From IMG/VR virus record IMGVR_UViG_3300030382_001297, positions 1-64,000 of that record: DNA of 64,000 bases; one strand, written 5' to 3'. The notes beneath the pieces were generated by a model. The model was not told the origin of the DNA. It ran no database searches and worked only from the letters and a program-made list of their open reading frames with translations. This DNA comes from a virus. Shown piece by piece: positions 38,509 through 47,825 of the stretch. The position numbers and the translations under genes are program-made. Every line of letters begins with the position of its first letter. Position 1 is the first letter of the stretch.

Positions 38509-40653
38509 TCATACTTTTATAACCCTCCTGATTATCTTTGATACTGCTGGCGCAAGGTTATCTATATTACTAACCATTATATGGTTGTTAAACATCTTTT
38601 GTTGTGCATACTTATCTGCTCCGCTTATTCCTACTTGAATAATTGACCATCCTTTACCTTCTAAATGATTTACTACCTTTCGCACGTGACTCATACCATC
38701 ATAACCACCATATCCAGACGCAGCCGGCTGACCGTCGGAGTATATAATCATAAGCTTGTTAGACATAGGCTGTGAAGATTCTTTACTAACTCTTTCAGCC
38801 GCCGCCCATATAGCCATACCATCTCTATTTTCATATCGAGCTATCATAGCTCCCATAGCCATAGGTCTATCTTTCATATTCGGCCCCCAATATTCAGTCA
38901 TATTGGTCGAACCACAATCTGTATGCCATCCAGCTTCACCATCAGCAGTATGACCAAATACCCATAAGTCTAATTTGGGATTATCCTGTAAAGCTTCTTT
39001 CGTAGCGATAGCTGACTGTCGAGCCATCTCCATCTTCCACGAACCCATACTACCTGATTCATCTACCAATATACAAATGTCTAATGGTTTATCATCTTCA
39101 ATTATATCATTCTTAAACAAATCCTTACGACCTAATGGTATTCTGTGAAGCATACGCTTATCTATCTTACCACGCTTCTGATTACGGATAGTATGTTTTT
39201 GTGTATTACCATATAAATCTATCTTACGCTTGAGTGAATTACTTATCTTCTTCATATTTTTAGATTCTGCCTTATATTTAACTCTTTGACCTTCAGTAGG
39301 TCGAGCTTTACGCCAAGTGATTTTCTTTTGGTTCTTGTATATAAGACCAACCTCAGTCATCTCAGTTTCCATATAGTCACTATCTTCAAGTTCTTCTATC
39401 TCTTTTGATATTTCATCGGCTAATGCACTACTCTTAGCATCTAACGTATAGTCTACTGCTTCTTCAAGTTCCCTCATCCCATCTGAGTCTTTCATTAGCT
39501 TACGAACATCAGACATACGACTTCTTTTACGTTCTATGTCTTTCTTAATTGAATCCTTTATGGATTCCCACTGTTCATCAGTTAATAAATCACCATCAGT
39601 CATAGACTTTTTGAGTTTGTCCATCTCTTTCTCGATATCTTTCTTCATATCCTCGCCGGAGCCTTTATCTTTAACCATCTTTTCGGCTACTGCTTTAAGA
39701 TAATGGAATAGTGCTTCTATACATTCAAAGGTATTTTCTCTACTATCCAATCCATTCTTTAACGCACGTGCAAAAAATCTTATATGCTTTCCGTGACGCT
39801 TTCTGCGAGTGTCGCCCATATGTTCCGGCCATCTAATGAAAGCTAATAGAGTATTCAGTATATCCATAAATGGATTATCTTCTATCATTTCTAATTTAGT
39901 TTCCATCTTCTCCTTGAAAAAGTGTTTCTTAACTTCAGAAATATATGTCACAAACCCAGCGTTATCTTTAGCTAACTGCTTTTCTATGTATTCATCTTCT
40001 ACTGAATTAGCGATAGTATGTAGTAATGTTCCTTCATATGTATCTTTTACTAATTCTGTTGCTTTCCTCTTTTCCCATCTATATAATGGTTTACTATGAA
40101 TGAGGTGTAACTTTTCGTGTATAGCTAATCCTGCTGTTATATCTAAATTGTCATCACTCTTCTTTAGTAGAGACCCATCTATGCGTATGAGTCCTCTTTC
40201 TAAATCAGAATAGTTCTGACCTTCATAATTGTAATCTAACTTATGCGATACTGTTGGGTCTACAACTTTACATAGAGAATCTAAATGTCTCTTATGTTTC
40301 AGTAATCTGGTCGCATCATCTTTATCAGCGTGGGAACTACCCCAACTACCCCACATACTTGACGTAGAGCCTGTGGATTGTCCTTGCCACCAGCCACCAC
40401 CACCCCAAGTATAGGAACTACTACGGTTCCACATATCTCCGGTGGAAGATATAACGGGTGAATCTTTTATCGCAACTTTTGCTGTTGAAGCAGTAGTGAA
40501 TCTATCATCATAATCTAATGGAGTTTCACATATAGGACATTTATCCTCATGCGTAGCTTCTATCCATTTACTACAATCATAGCAGTAATCATCATCTGAT
40601 ACGCCTGTCCACTTATCTATATCGGTGTGGTGTGGTTCGTGTTTAATAACCAT
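38509..40653 (-). CDS. VWA-domain protein (CobT/NorD-like) with HEXXH zincin-like region
   Basis: MIDAS ILVDESGSM, IYSDGQP, GKIDKRML; AIHEKLH...NSVEDEYIE; N-terminal Cys pairs. Confidence 0.82.
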   Translation of the reverse strand: MVIKHEPHHTDIDKWTGVSDDDYCYDCSKWIEATHEDKCPICETPLDYDDRFTTASTAKVAIKDSPVISSTGDMWNRSSSYTWGGGGWWQGQSTGSTSSMWGSWGSSHADKDDATRLLKHKRHLDSLCKVVDPTVSHKLDYNYEGQNYSDLERGLIRIDGSLLKKSDDNLDITAGLAIHEKLHLIHSKPLYRWEKRKATELVKDTYEGTLLHTIANSVEDEYIEKQLAKDNAGFVTYISEVKKHFFKEKMETKLEMIEDNPFMDILNTLLAFIRWPEHMGDTRRKRHGKHIRFFARALKNGLDSRENTFECIEALFHYLKAVAEKMVKDKGSGEDMKKDIEKEMDKLKKSMTDGDLLTDEQWESIKDSIKKDIERKRSRMSDVRKLMKDSDGMRELEEAVDYTLDAKSSALADEISKEIEELEDSDYMETEMTEVGLIYKNQKKITWRKARPTEGQRVKYKAESKNMKKISNSLKRKIDLYGNTQKHTIRNQKRGKIDKRMLHRIPLGRKDLFKNDIIEDDKPLDICILVDESGSMGSWKMEMARQSAIATKEALQDNPKLDLWVFGHTADGEAGWHTDCGSTNMTEYWGPNMKDRPMAMGAMIARYENRDGMAIWAAAERVSKESSQPMSNKLMIIYSDGQPAASGYGGYDGMSHVRKVVNHLEGKGWSIIQVGISGADKYAQQKMFNNHIMVSNIDNLAPAVSKIIRRVIKV

Positions 40654-41012
40654 TTTTCTATATCCTCTTCCGGTTGCATAGCTTCTGCTATCATCTTATA
40701 TTCAAAACATTTTAAGGTTCGTTTAGCTGACCCTACTGCACATTTATATACAAATCTATCATCGTCAGTAATCATACCTTCTATCATAGCATATGCATCT
40801 TGTATGTCTATCGTTTGTGGTAGGTTAGTCTCTAACATATTATCATTCTTAAGTCTACGACTATATCCTCCAACGTGCCTACCTGTGATTTCACCCTGTG
40901 GGTATGCTATCTTCAGGGCTTTGGCTACCATTGCTGGCTTCATTCCATGCTCTAATAAAATTTTTGCTGGAGTATGCCAATACATATGTTTCTTACTTCT
41001 TACTTTTGCCAT
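40617..41012 (-). CDS. Hypothetical protein (possible HTH)
   Basis: Lies between the AAA and VWA genes; LLEHGMKPAMVAKAL. Confidence 0.5.
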   Translation of the reverse strand: MAKVRSKKHMYWHTPAKILLEHGMKPAMVAKALKIAYPQGEITGRHVGGYSRRLKNDNMLETNLPQTIDIQDAYAMIEGMITDDDRFVYKCAVGSAKRTLKCFEYKMIAEAMQPEEDIEKWLLNTNHTTPI

Positions 41013-41014
41013 AC

Positions 41015-42319
41015 TTAATCACCCATTGATTGTATTGCTTGAATAACTTTAACTCTATCAGTGTCGTCACCAGCAGTTATAGGATAGAATGGTAAGCAAG
41101 TATGCTTAAGTGCATCAAGCAAAGTCATACCATCTACTACTAATTCACCTACTGACAAACACATACGAGTAGAAACAGCTACGTTTAACTCTTCTGCTTT
41201 ATATAAATCTCTAATCTTCTTAGCAAATTCAGTTATACGCCTTGCGTCATCATCTTCGAGATGTGGAACACGATTCTGTAATAGTTCCTGTTCTTTATTC
41301 TGTGGTAGGTAATCTAATTCGTATATACCTCCAGTGAATCTATCCTTCCAAGCTCTATCTAAGTCGTTGGCCGCCCCAAGATATTCTCTACCTATGTTAG
41401 CAGTAGCGAAGAAGAATACGTTAGTATCTAACTTAACTATGTCTGCGTCATCACTTTCGTCTAACGCTAAGTATCTTTGACCATCTAACACAGGCATAAG
41501 TATATTACCTAAGTCGCCTGTCCTATCTCTTGTCACTTCGTCAAGCATAATGAATGCTCCACTGTTATCTTCTAAGGCTGATACGAAACGAGATGGCTTA
41601 AACCACGTTCCATCCTCTTGATTATACTTTGTGTCTCCTAATAGCTTTGCCGCCGGATTCATAGTATCCCCAAAATTGAACTGATGGAATGGTTTGTTAG
41701 TTATCTCTGCCAATATCTTACCTAAAGATGACTTACCGCAACCGGATGGCCCTGTCACAAGTATATACTTATTCCTAAAGATGTTGCGTAGCATAGTATA
41801 AAATGTCATACTATCTGCGAACTTAAACTCTTCAGGTATAGCTACGCTTGACTTAAGCTTTCCTATCACACTGTCATCAATAACAGGTATAATAGGTTCT
41901 TCTTTTATTGCTTCAGCCATAAAATCATCTACGGCTGTCTCCCTATCATCTCGCATAGCGTCACCGCTTTCTATATCCTCATCCAATACTGAATGGTCTG
42001 GACTATCTCCTATATCTTCTATCGGAGTCTCATGCCCTATGGCATCTTCTGCTGGCTCGGATGACTCAGGATATCCTCCTACGTCATCTCTATATGTCTC
42101 TTCTGACTTCATTTTTTTTACCTCTTTATGTATATCTTCGAGTTCTACCTCTAATCTTGATATCATTTTGTTGTATTCTTCGAGAGCTTCGTGGTCTATC
42201 ACAGGCTCTCCCATAACTTTATCTTTGCATTCATTCATGAAACGTAGCTTATCTTCTACTTTTACTTGCTTAGTTGTTAGTTCACCTAATTTAGCGAACT
42301 TCTCACTTCTACTACTCAT
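41015..42319 (-). CDS. MoxR/CbbQ/CobS-family AAA+ ATPase
   Basis: GPSGCGKS, IMLDEVTR, FFATAN, DLDRAWKDRF, VSTRMC. Confidence 0.88.
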   Translation of the reverse strand: MSSRSEKFAKLGELTTKQVKVEDKLRFMNECKDKVMGEPVIDHEALEEYNKMISRLEVELEDIHKEVKKMKSEETYRDDVGGYPESSEPAEDAIGHETPIEDIGDSPDHSVLDEDIESGDAMRDDRETAVDDFMAEAIKEEPIIPVIDDSVIGKLKSSVAIPEEFKFADSMTFYTMLRNIFRNKYILVTGPSGCGKSSLGKILAEITNKPFHQFNFGDTMNPAAKLLGDTKYNQEDGTWFKPSRFVSALEDNSGAFIMLDEVTRDRTGDLGNILMPVLDGQRYLALDESDDADIVKLDTNVFFFATANIGREYLGAANDLDRAWKDRFTGGIYELDYLPQNKEQELLQNRVPHLEDDDARRITEFAKKIRDLYKAEELNVAVSTRMCLSVGELVVDGMTLLDALKHTCLPFYPITAGDDTDRVKVIQAIQSMGD

Positions 42320-42429
42320 CTACCAACCTCTCATATCACATAGGCATTTATTATGTTCTACTGCACAGTCGCATACTATACATACTTCTATACCCATCTC
42401 ATCTATCCTTAAAGGTTCTATATCTTTAT

Positions 42430-42963
42430 TCATTCTCTATCCTCCGGCTCACACCATTCCCATCCGAGTGCTTCGTATATCCCTGTCTCAGTTGGTCCTG
42501 CTATCTTTTCGCCTTCTTTATTATATAATCCGTATTGATTTAGTTTATATCCCATTCTTTTAACAAGATATCTCTTACGGATGTTATATCTTTGAGGTCC
42601 AGTCGTATACATCATTGCTGTCCCCCAGCTATCGTGTTCTGTGAAGAATATATTATATAACATTCCTTCACTATCTTTAAATATAATTCTCTTTGAACCT
42701 GCACTAAGGATGTCATATCTGTCATCACCTGTTGTAGCAAGATAGTCAAAGACTTTCTTCCATCCGTTGGTGGTTAGTATATCTATATCTCCTATCATCT
42801 CTTCACACCTACGCATCGAACCTGTTATCATTGTTCCTTGATGTTCATCTCCTATATCGCATATTCTATGCCACATCAGGTTAGCTTTATCATAGGCTTC
42901 TGCGTATCTTATCTTTTCTCCGCTACTCATACATCTCCTCCGCTTTCTTAATCTCAGCTTCAT
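42430..42963 (-). CDS. polX: Minimal family X DNA polymerase (palm and thumb only; probable start 42929)
   Basis: TGSMRR...GDIDIL, YTTGPQRYN...GYKLNQYGLY, ETGIYEALG..WCEPEDRE. Confidence 0.85.
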   Translation of the reverse strand: MKLRLRKRRRCMSSGEKIRYAEAYDKANLMWHRICDIGDEHQGTMITGSMRRCEEMIGDIDILTTNGWKKVFDYLATTGDDRYDILSAGSKRIIFKDSEGMLYNIFFTEHDSWGTAMMYTTGPQRYNIRKRYLVKRMGYKLNQYGLYNKEGEKIAGPTETGIYEALGWEWCEPEDRE

Positions 42964-43085
42964 CGACCTCTACGTTTGATTGGTCATTACTAATACTCAT
43001 CTCTATATCTTTAAGCAACGTGGCTAATAATATAAGCCATTCAATGTCCATCTTCCTAAATGGATTGTCGTCTATACTACTCATT

Positions 43086-43433
43086 TTAATTACTTCGCTT
43101 ACGTTTATACATTGACCTATCTAATCTACTCTTATCGTAGCCGTAGGTTTTCCTACCACTAACTGGTCGGACACTACCTTTCACTTCGTATTTACGTATA
43201 GTATTCACTATCTTTAAGAAATCATTTGGTTCCATTATACTCAGCGTATCTCTAATACGCTTCAGTCCTATACTTGTTTCGTATAGGTTTTCACCTGATT
43301 CAGGATAGACTTTCTTTACAAGCGTAGCCCAAGTCTTATAGTCACTATCTTTATCATTCGCTACACTTAAGAGAGGATAGTTATATCTTCCCTTCATCAT
43401 CGTGCGGATGTCATCTAATGTTATATCACTCAT
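43086..43433 (-). CDS. Hypothetical protein
   Basis: 115-aa ORF. Confidence 0.5.
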   Translation of the reverse strand: MSDITLDDIRTMMKGRYNYPLLSVANDKDSDYKTWATLVKKVYPESGENLYETSIGLKRIRDTLSIMEPNDFLKIVNTIRKYEVKGSVRPVSGRKTYGYDKSRLDRSMYKRKRSN

Positions 43434-43586
43434 CTGGAACTTCTCCCATTAACTTCATTGCTTCTATTGTTGTGTTAGATTCTCTACCATTACATTTCCA
43501 TCCTATCCCTATAACTCTTAGTCTATCTTCTACCATTGTAGTTAGCTCGTCTGCCGTATAGGTTCCGTGTGGACTATCGTATAACA

Positions 43587-43820
43587 TTATAAATCTACTC
43601 CTGATATTACTTGCTGTCTTATACCTTCAGCGTGCAACTTATATTCTTCGTAAGTTGTTTTGTGAGGTAGTGGGGCAACAGAAAAGTATAGGTCATTCAT
43701 CTTATTCCTACGCATCCTGTGGCCTGTGTCTATTCTTCTAACACCTGTTTTAATATCCTTCATTATTGATAGGACTTGTTCGGGTGTTATATCTTTAAGC
43801 ATTTCTTCGATTGAACTCAT
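43587..43820 (-). CDS. Hypothetical protein, first gene of the long leftward transcription unit
   Basis: AGGT RBS and a TATA (TTTAAATAC) at ~43850. Confidence 0.55.
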   Translation of the reverse strand: MSSIEEMLKDITPEQVLSIMKDIKTGVRRIDTGHRMRRNKMNDLYFSVAPLPHKTTYEEYKLHAEGIRQQVISGVDL

Positions 43821-43976
43821 TTTTAACCTAAATATTAGAACGTTTCAAAGTATTTAAAGGTGTCGGCGGTTTTGGGGGTCTAAGCGTATAGACTCGTGCT
43901 CAACTCTAAAAGTATAGAATCCCGCTCATCATCCGCAGAAAATCGGGGTTACTATATTATACTATATTAAGATAAG

Positions 43977-44104
43977 GCTCTATTAAGTGCTATATAGACG
44001 CAAGCTTTATATAGTTCTATAATTATATATCTTAATAGAGCAAAGATATATTGCTTAATAGAGCCTATTAATATCTTAATAGAGCTTAATTATAATATTA
44101 GAGC
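43977..44104. repeat. Iteron-like CTTAATAGAGC repeats in AT-rich DNA (candidate replication origin)
   Basis: Direct copies at 44031, 44054, 44075; exact inverted copy at 43977-43987; degenerate copy at ~44095. Confidence 0.6.
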
Positions 44105-44419
44105 AACGTATTGTTTATAGTATTTTTTTCTTCTTACACGTATAGAATAAAAAAGCTCTATACCGCATTTTCTCATTGAGCCTCTCAGTTTCTCACCTGC
44201 GCAGTGCGTAGTAGGGCCTACTAATGAGCGATATAAAGCTCTCAAAGTCTATTATAGAGTTTATAAGCTCCATTGTGCACACAGTTGGATACAAATGAAT
44301 CTCACCTCGACGTCACGACGATAGCGTAGTGCTTTTATAGAGCCTTGTTGAAATATAAGAGATATAAACTTCCTATCCCAGCATGTGTAAATGGACATGT
44401 CTGAACGGATAGAACGAAA

Positions 44420-44500
44420 AGTAGTGAGCGGGCCTTAAACAAGGGTATATAAGGGTCGAGGGGTTTTATATACGATTTATAGGGAAAGCTTTATATACTT
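44420..44500 (+). promoter_or_regulatory. Triple-TATA promoter cassette, copy E (inverted orientation)
   Basis: TGAGCGG box plus three TATA elements at the same spacing as the four minus-strand copies. Confidence 0.7.
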
Positions 44501-44536
44501 TCAAACCATCTGTATTATAGAGAAAAAGGAGGAAAA

Positions 44537-44893
44537 ATGCCTAAAACAACTGAAACGCAAAAATCTACTGCAATGGATTATTTGGCGGCCCCACGTGGTG
44601 AAGGAATTGTAAAGAACCTAATGGCTCTTTTAGGATTCCAAGCCCCAAAGGGTGGTCGATTGCCTGTTGGAGTAAAATACGATACACTTGTAGCAATGAA
44701 CGACGTATTAAGCGCTGAAATAAGTGCTGAAACGACTTCGATGATTACAAGTAGGATTGTTGAGCTACAAGCGTCACGACGTTTAAGCACTGGAAAAGTT
44801 TCCGCAACACCGGAAAGTATAATCAGTGCAATTAAGTCGGGTCGTATTTCATTGACCGAACTTCAAGCGAAGCTCGAAGCAATGGAGTCTTAA
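44537..44893 (+). CDS. Hypothetical protein (118 aa), the only credible + strand gene in the control region
   Basis: GGAGG RBS, dedicated promoter, downstream G7/C7 hairpin. Confidence 0.7.
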   Translation: MPKTTETQKSTAMDYLAAPRGEGIVKNLMALLGFQAPKGGRLPVGVKYDTLVAMNDVLSAEISAETTSMITSRIVELQASRRLSTGKVSATPESIISAIKSGRISLTELQAKLEAMES

Positions 44894-44922
44894 ATAAAAT
44901 ATCTCACCTGAGATAAAACGTA

Positions 44923-44941
44923 GGGGGGGCGATTCCCCCCC
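44923..44941 (+). terminator. G7/C7 hairpin
   Basis: GGGGGGG-CGATT-CCCCCCC about 30 nt after the stop. Confidence 0.45.
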
Positions 44942-44980
44942 AAACCATTCGCACTTATATTTATCTGACGTCGATAATAA

Positions 44981-45247
44981 GGACGGGAGCATTTAAGACG
45001 CTTCTCGACTTTTAGCAGATTGAAGCCAATTTAAATTGTAGACAAATCACTCCGGAAAATATACCTATCACTTGTTTAAGTTACTTATTAAAGCAGACTT
45101 GCGCTTACTCTCAAATAGATTAATAACGAGAAATTCTTTATCACATTCCCTAATACCGAGCACAACTTCTAAAACTGAATTGTCAAGCTTTTCTCACTTG
45201 CGCAGAAACTCACCTGACGGGTTAACCGTTTGTAGTTTCTCCCGTCC
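44981..45247. ncRNA. Candidate ~270-nt structured RNA
   Basis: Closing stem GGACGGGAG/CTCCCGTCC; internal AGAAACT/AGTTTCT and ACGG/CCGT hairpin; followed by ACCTTATA. Confidence 0.4.
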
Positions 45248-45403
45248 AACCTTATAATGACACCTGTTCTAAACAGGGAGGGCTTAAAAGCGGGACGCCC
45301 AAAACTATAACCTTATATAGTGCCCTCCCGAAATGAACAATTTGCGCATGTCCGAATGGGGACCCCCAGAAACTTGTAGGGGGTCCTTTCGAGGTTGACT
45401 TCT

Positions 45404-45643
45404 TTATAATACTCTGTGAGCGTTTTCTTTAATCTCAGATACGTAAACGTCTCCGAGCTCGAATTCTCCGTAAGTCATCGGTGATTTCACACCACAAAAC
45501 CATCTGGCGTATTTGTTCTTAGCTTCCAGTTCTGGCTTTTGGTATTTCTTCAGGACTCGCCATTCAAATCCTGCACCGTGTTTATCCACCCAAATTTCGT
45601 AGGGCTTCGCTATTTCTCTTGTCTTCTTTTGTGATTCTGTCAT
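45404..45643 (-). CDS. Hypothetical protein
   Basis: AGAGGT RBS, own TATA; WFCGVKSP..GEFELGDVYVSEI. Confidence 0.65.
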   Translation of the reverse strand: MTESQKKTREIAKPYEIWVDKHGAGFEWRVLKKYQKPELEAKNKYARWFCGVKSPMTYGEFELGDVYVSEIKENAHRVL

Positions 45644-46189
45644 TGTTTGACCTCTAATATACCAAGGGTTAGGTCCTATTTAAGCTTTTGCACATGTCTA
45701 AAATTAGGGAGCCCTAAACTGTAAGGCTCCACATTAAAATTAAGAAGCTCCCAAACTTTTCAAATGGGAAACAAGAGGGATTTAACATTCCCCTGTTTCC
45801 TCATCGAAGACACCACAACAAAGGCAAGTGTATTTATCTCCACTACATTTAAGATTGTGGTCTTCTATCTTTTTGCGTTCTATCTCAAACTCTACGTTTT
45901 CGTCGTATAGGTCGTCTACATTAGGCATTGTTCACTCTCCAATATAAATTGTTGTGCGTTGTCTATCACTGAATGATATTCTGAAAGGTTTTCATCTCCA
46001 ACCTCTACCAATACCTGACGGATAGAGTCAAGACCGTAAATGATTTCGTCCTGTCTCATTTTGATTCACCTAATATCTGTTCTACTATATCGTGCCACAA
46101 GTCAAGCATTTGGTCTGTGGTAAACGGCTTATCATTATAATAATGATTTTTTAAAACTTTCATTTCGTCTGCTGTTAATATTATTTCAC

Positions 46190-46441
46190 TCATTCTAAAC
46201 CTCTTATTTGTTCGTCTTCTTTAAAGATTGCGTCTAATTCCTGAATCCTTGCGTAGACTTCTTTTTTCCATCTTACTAAATCCTGACCTTTTAGCTTGTC
46301 ACCTCTTAAGGTGTATTCGTCAGCCCAAAAGCTAACCATTCCTCTTACAGTTCCAAGAATCCAAGATTCAATAGAATATTGTTCTTTGCTTAAAGCGTCG
46401 GCTTCCCTTGCTCTTTTTAAATTTCTTCTTATCGTTTCCAT
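46190..46441 (-). CDS. Hypothetical protein
   Basis: GGAG RBS; 83 aa. Confidence 0.55.
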   Translation of the reverse strand: METIRRNLKRAREADALSKEQYSIESWILGTVRGMVSFWADEYTLRGDKLKGQDLVRWKKEVYARIQELDAIFKEDEQIRGLE

Positions 46442-46443
46442 TT

Positions 46444-46626
46444 TTAGTATTCTCCATTATCTTCCCAATCGTAATTTAACTCGAATTTTTCATTCTGTCC
46501 ACAGGTGCAATTATCGTAAATCCAATCGCAACCGTCTGCGTGTTGGTTTTCTTCGTGCGTTGCTCCGCTGTTTTCGTATTGAAAGGCCATTTCATCTGTT
46601 AGATTTTGTAATAAGGTTTTTCTCAT
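46444..46626 (-). CDS. Acidic Cys/His microprotein
   Basis: AGAGGT RBS; HADGCDWIYDNCTC. Confidence 0.55.
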   Translation of the reverse strand: MRKTLLQNLTDEMAFQYENSGATHEENQHADGCDWIYDNCTCGQNEKFELNYDWEDNGEY

Positions 46627-46794
46627 TTTGCGACCTCTTTATCAAGTCCCAACTTTTGGGCCTCTATTGCCTCGTAAATTTCGAGGGTGTGACTCATCGG
46701 TAATTTAAACCGACGGCTGGCTTTCCTGAAACGGAATTCGTTTCTTAAAATGTTTTCTTTGAAGCTCATTTTTTCTCTCTAATTCTACTCTAAC

Positions 46795-46880
46795 GAGAGA
46801 GTATTTAAGGGTTTGGGTCATTTTAGTATATAAGTATCGAGGGGGTATATATAGTCCGTTTTAGGTTCCGCTCGCACTTT
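46795..46880 (-). promoter_or_regulatory. Triple-TATA promoter cassette, copy A
   Basis: On +: GTATTTAA 46801, GTATATAA 46826, TATATAGT 46848, CCGCT 46868. Confidence 0.72.
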
Positions 46881-47149
46881 TTCGCGCATGTCCTTAAAAG
46901 GAATATACAATCTCACAGTCAAAACAAAACTGTGCGTCTGGTAGTTTTGTAAATGGGTTATCCTTTTGGTAACCGTCTACTAATTCTCTTTTACATTCTT
47001 GGCAATTCTTATATCGTCCGTGTTTCATATTTTACCTTATATTACCTATAACGAGGGAGGTTATAAAGGTTTGCACATGTCCAAAGTTTTTAATACCGCT
47101 GGCCTAAGAGCGCCACATTAATGACTGAGCTTAGGCCTTGAGTATAAGG

Positions 47150-47225
47150 TTTAGGGGTGTAGGTCGTGAGAACCCACTCGCACTAACCACGGGATTACAA
47201 CCGCGTGCCTCCGGAAGGCCTATAA
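47150..47225 (-). ncRNA. Degenerate tRNA-like element
   Basis: Anticodon-like hairpin CACG(C)GG-TTGTAAT-CCCGTG and T-arm-like GTGGG-TTCTCACGA-CCTAC; no canonical D-arm. Confidence 0.3.
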
Positions 47226-47365
47226 ATTTTGTGCTTCGCCATTCTTGTCAAGCGCCCCTATTTTTATACTGGGGTATTAATCCAGTCTTAAAACAAATAT
47301 CAGAACGACAACGCTAAAGTATACGTCTTAGCGTCTGTGAACTTCCTACTCATTAATAAGTATAA

Positions 47366-47525
47366 GGTGTGAGGGAGGATTCAAGGTTAACCTCCAAAGA
47401 CTACCGGCCCAAATACCTAAGTATTGTCCGCACTTACCACTCACCACCCTCTCACGCATTTGCGCATTGAGGCAGGTTTGTGTGCCTTACCCCCTTTGGG
47501 AAGGGGTTATTCAGCCACTCACGAT
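47366..47525 (-). ncRNA. manA-motif-like structured RNA with a tRNA-like 3' end
   Basis: 5' UGGCUGAAUAACCCCUUCCCAAAGGGGGUAAGGCACAC resembles, from memory, the manA RNA motif of marine phages; 3' GGAGG-UU...GAAU-CCUCC-CUCACACC. Confidence 0.5.
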
Positions 47526-47626
47526 AACGGGATATCTCCCATTAATATAAGGTGTTGGGTCGGGATTCGGCCCCTGAAACCCAACACGGGATATTGTATT
47601 TTTAATTACAGTTTAATTCTGTTTGC

Positions 47627-47710
47627 TTACTTTGACCATCGGCTTGACTTTGTCGAAGTTGGAATACGTCCAATCTTAAGCCAAAGCTTCTGAATTCGTG
47701 TTAGTTTCAT
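47627..47710 (-). CDS. 27-aa basic peptide heading the ncRNA transcription unit
   Basis: AGAGGTAAA RBS downstream of promoter B; MKLTRIQKLWLKIGRIPTSTKSSRWSK. Confidence 0.45.
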   Translation of the reverse strand: MKLTRIQKLWLKIGRIPTSTKSSRWSK

Positions 47711-47739
47711 TGTTCTTTTACCTCTAACTTACTTGTAGC

Positions 47740-47825
47740 GAGAGAGTATTTAAAGCTTTGCCTCAAAATAGTATATAAGACACGAGGAGACTTATATAGT
47801 GCGTTTTGGGTTCCGCTCACTGTTT
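47740..47825 (-). promoter_or_regulatory. Triple-TATA promoter cassette, copy B
   Basis: Elements at 47746, 47771, 47793 and 47813. Confidence 0.72.

Noticed and set aside
38509-42319. Cobalamin biosynthesis (cobS/cobT) linked to the B12-dependent RNR
   Set aside because: No CobN or other cob genes are present; viral CobS/CobT-like pairs are generic MoxR-VWA modules.
47150-47460. Canonical tRNA genes
   Set aside because: T-loops are enlarged, and D-arms and acceptor stems are not canonical; kept only as tRNA-like elements.
47424-47693. 89-aa + strand ORF; likewise 45072..45257, 48820..49200 and the 5' part of 48966..49307
   Set aside because: Mostly TTG starts, no RBS, and they run across promoter cassettes or hairpin-rich elements.
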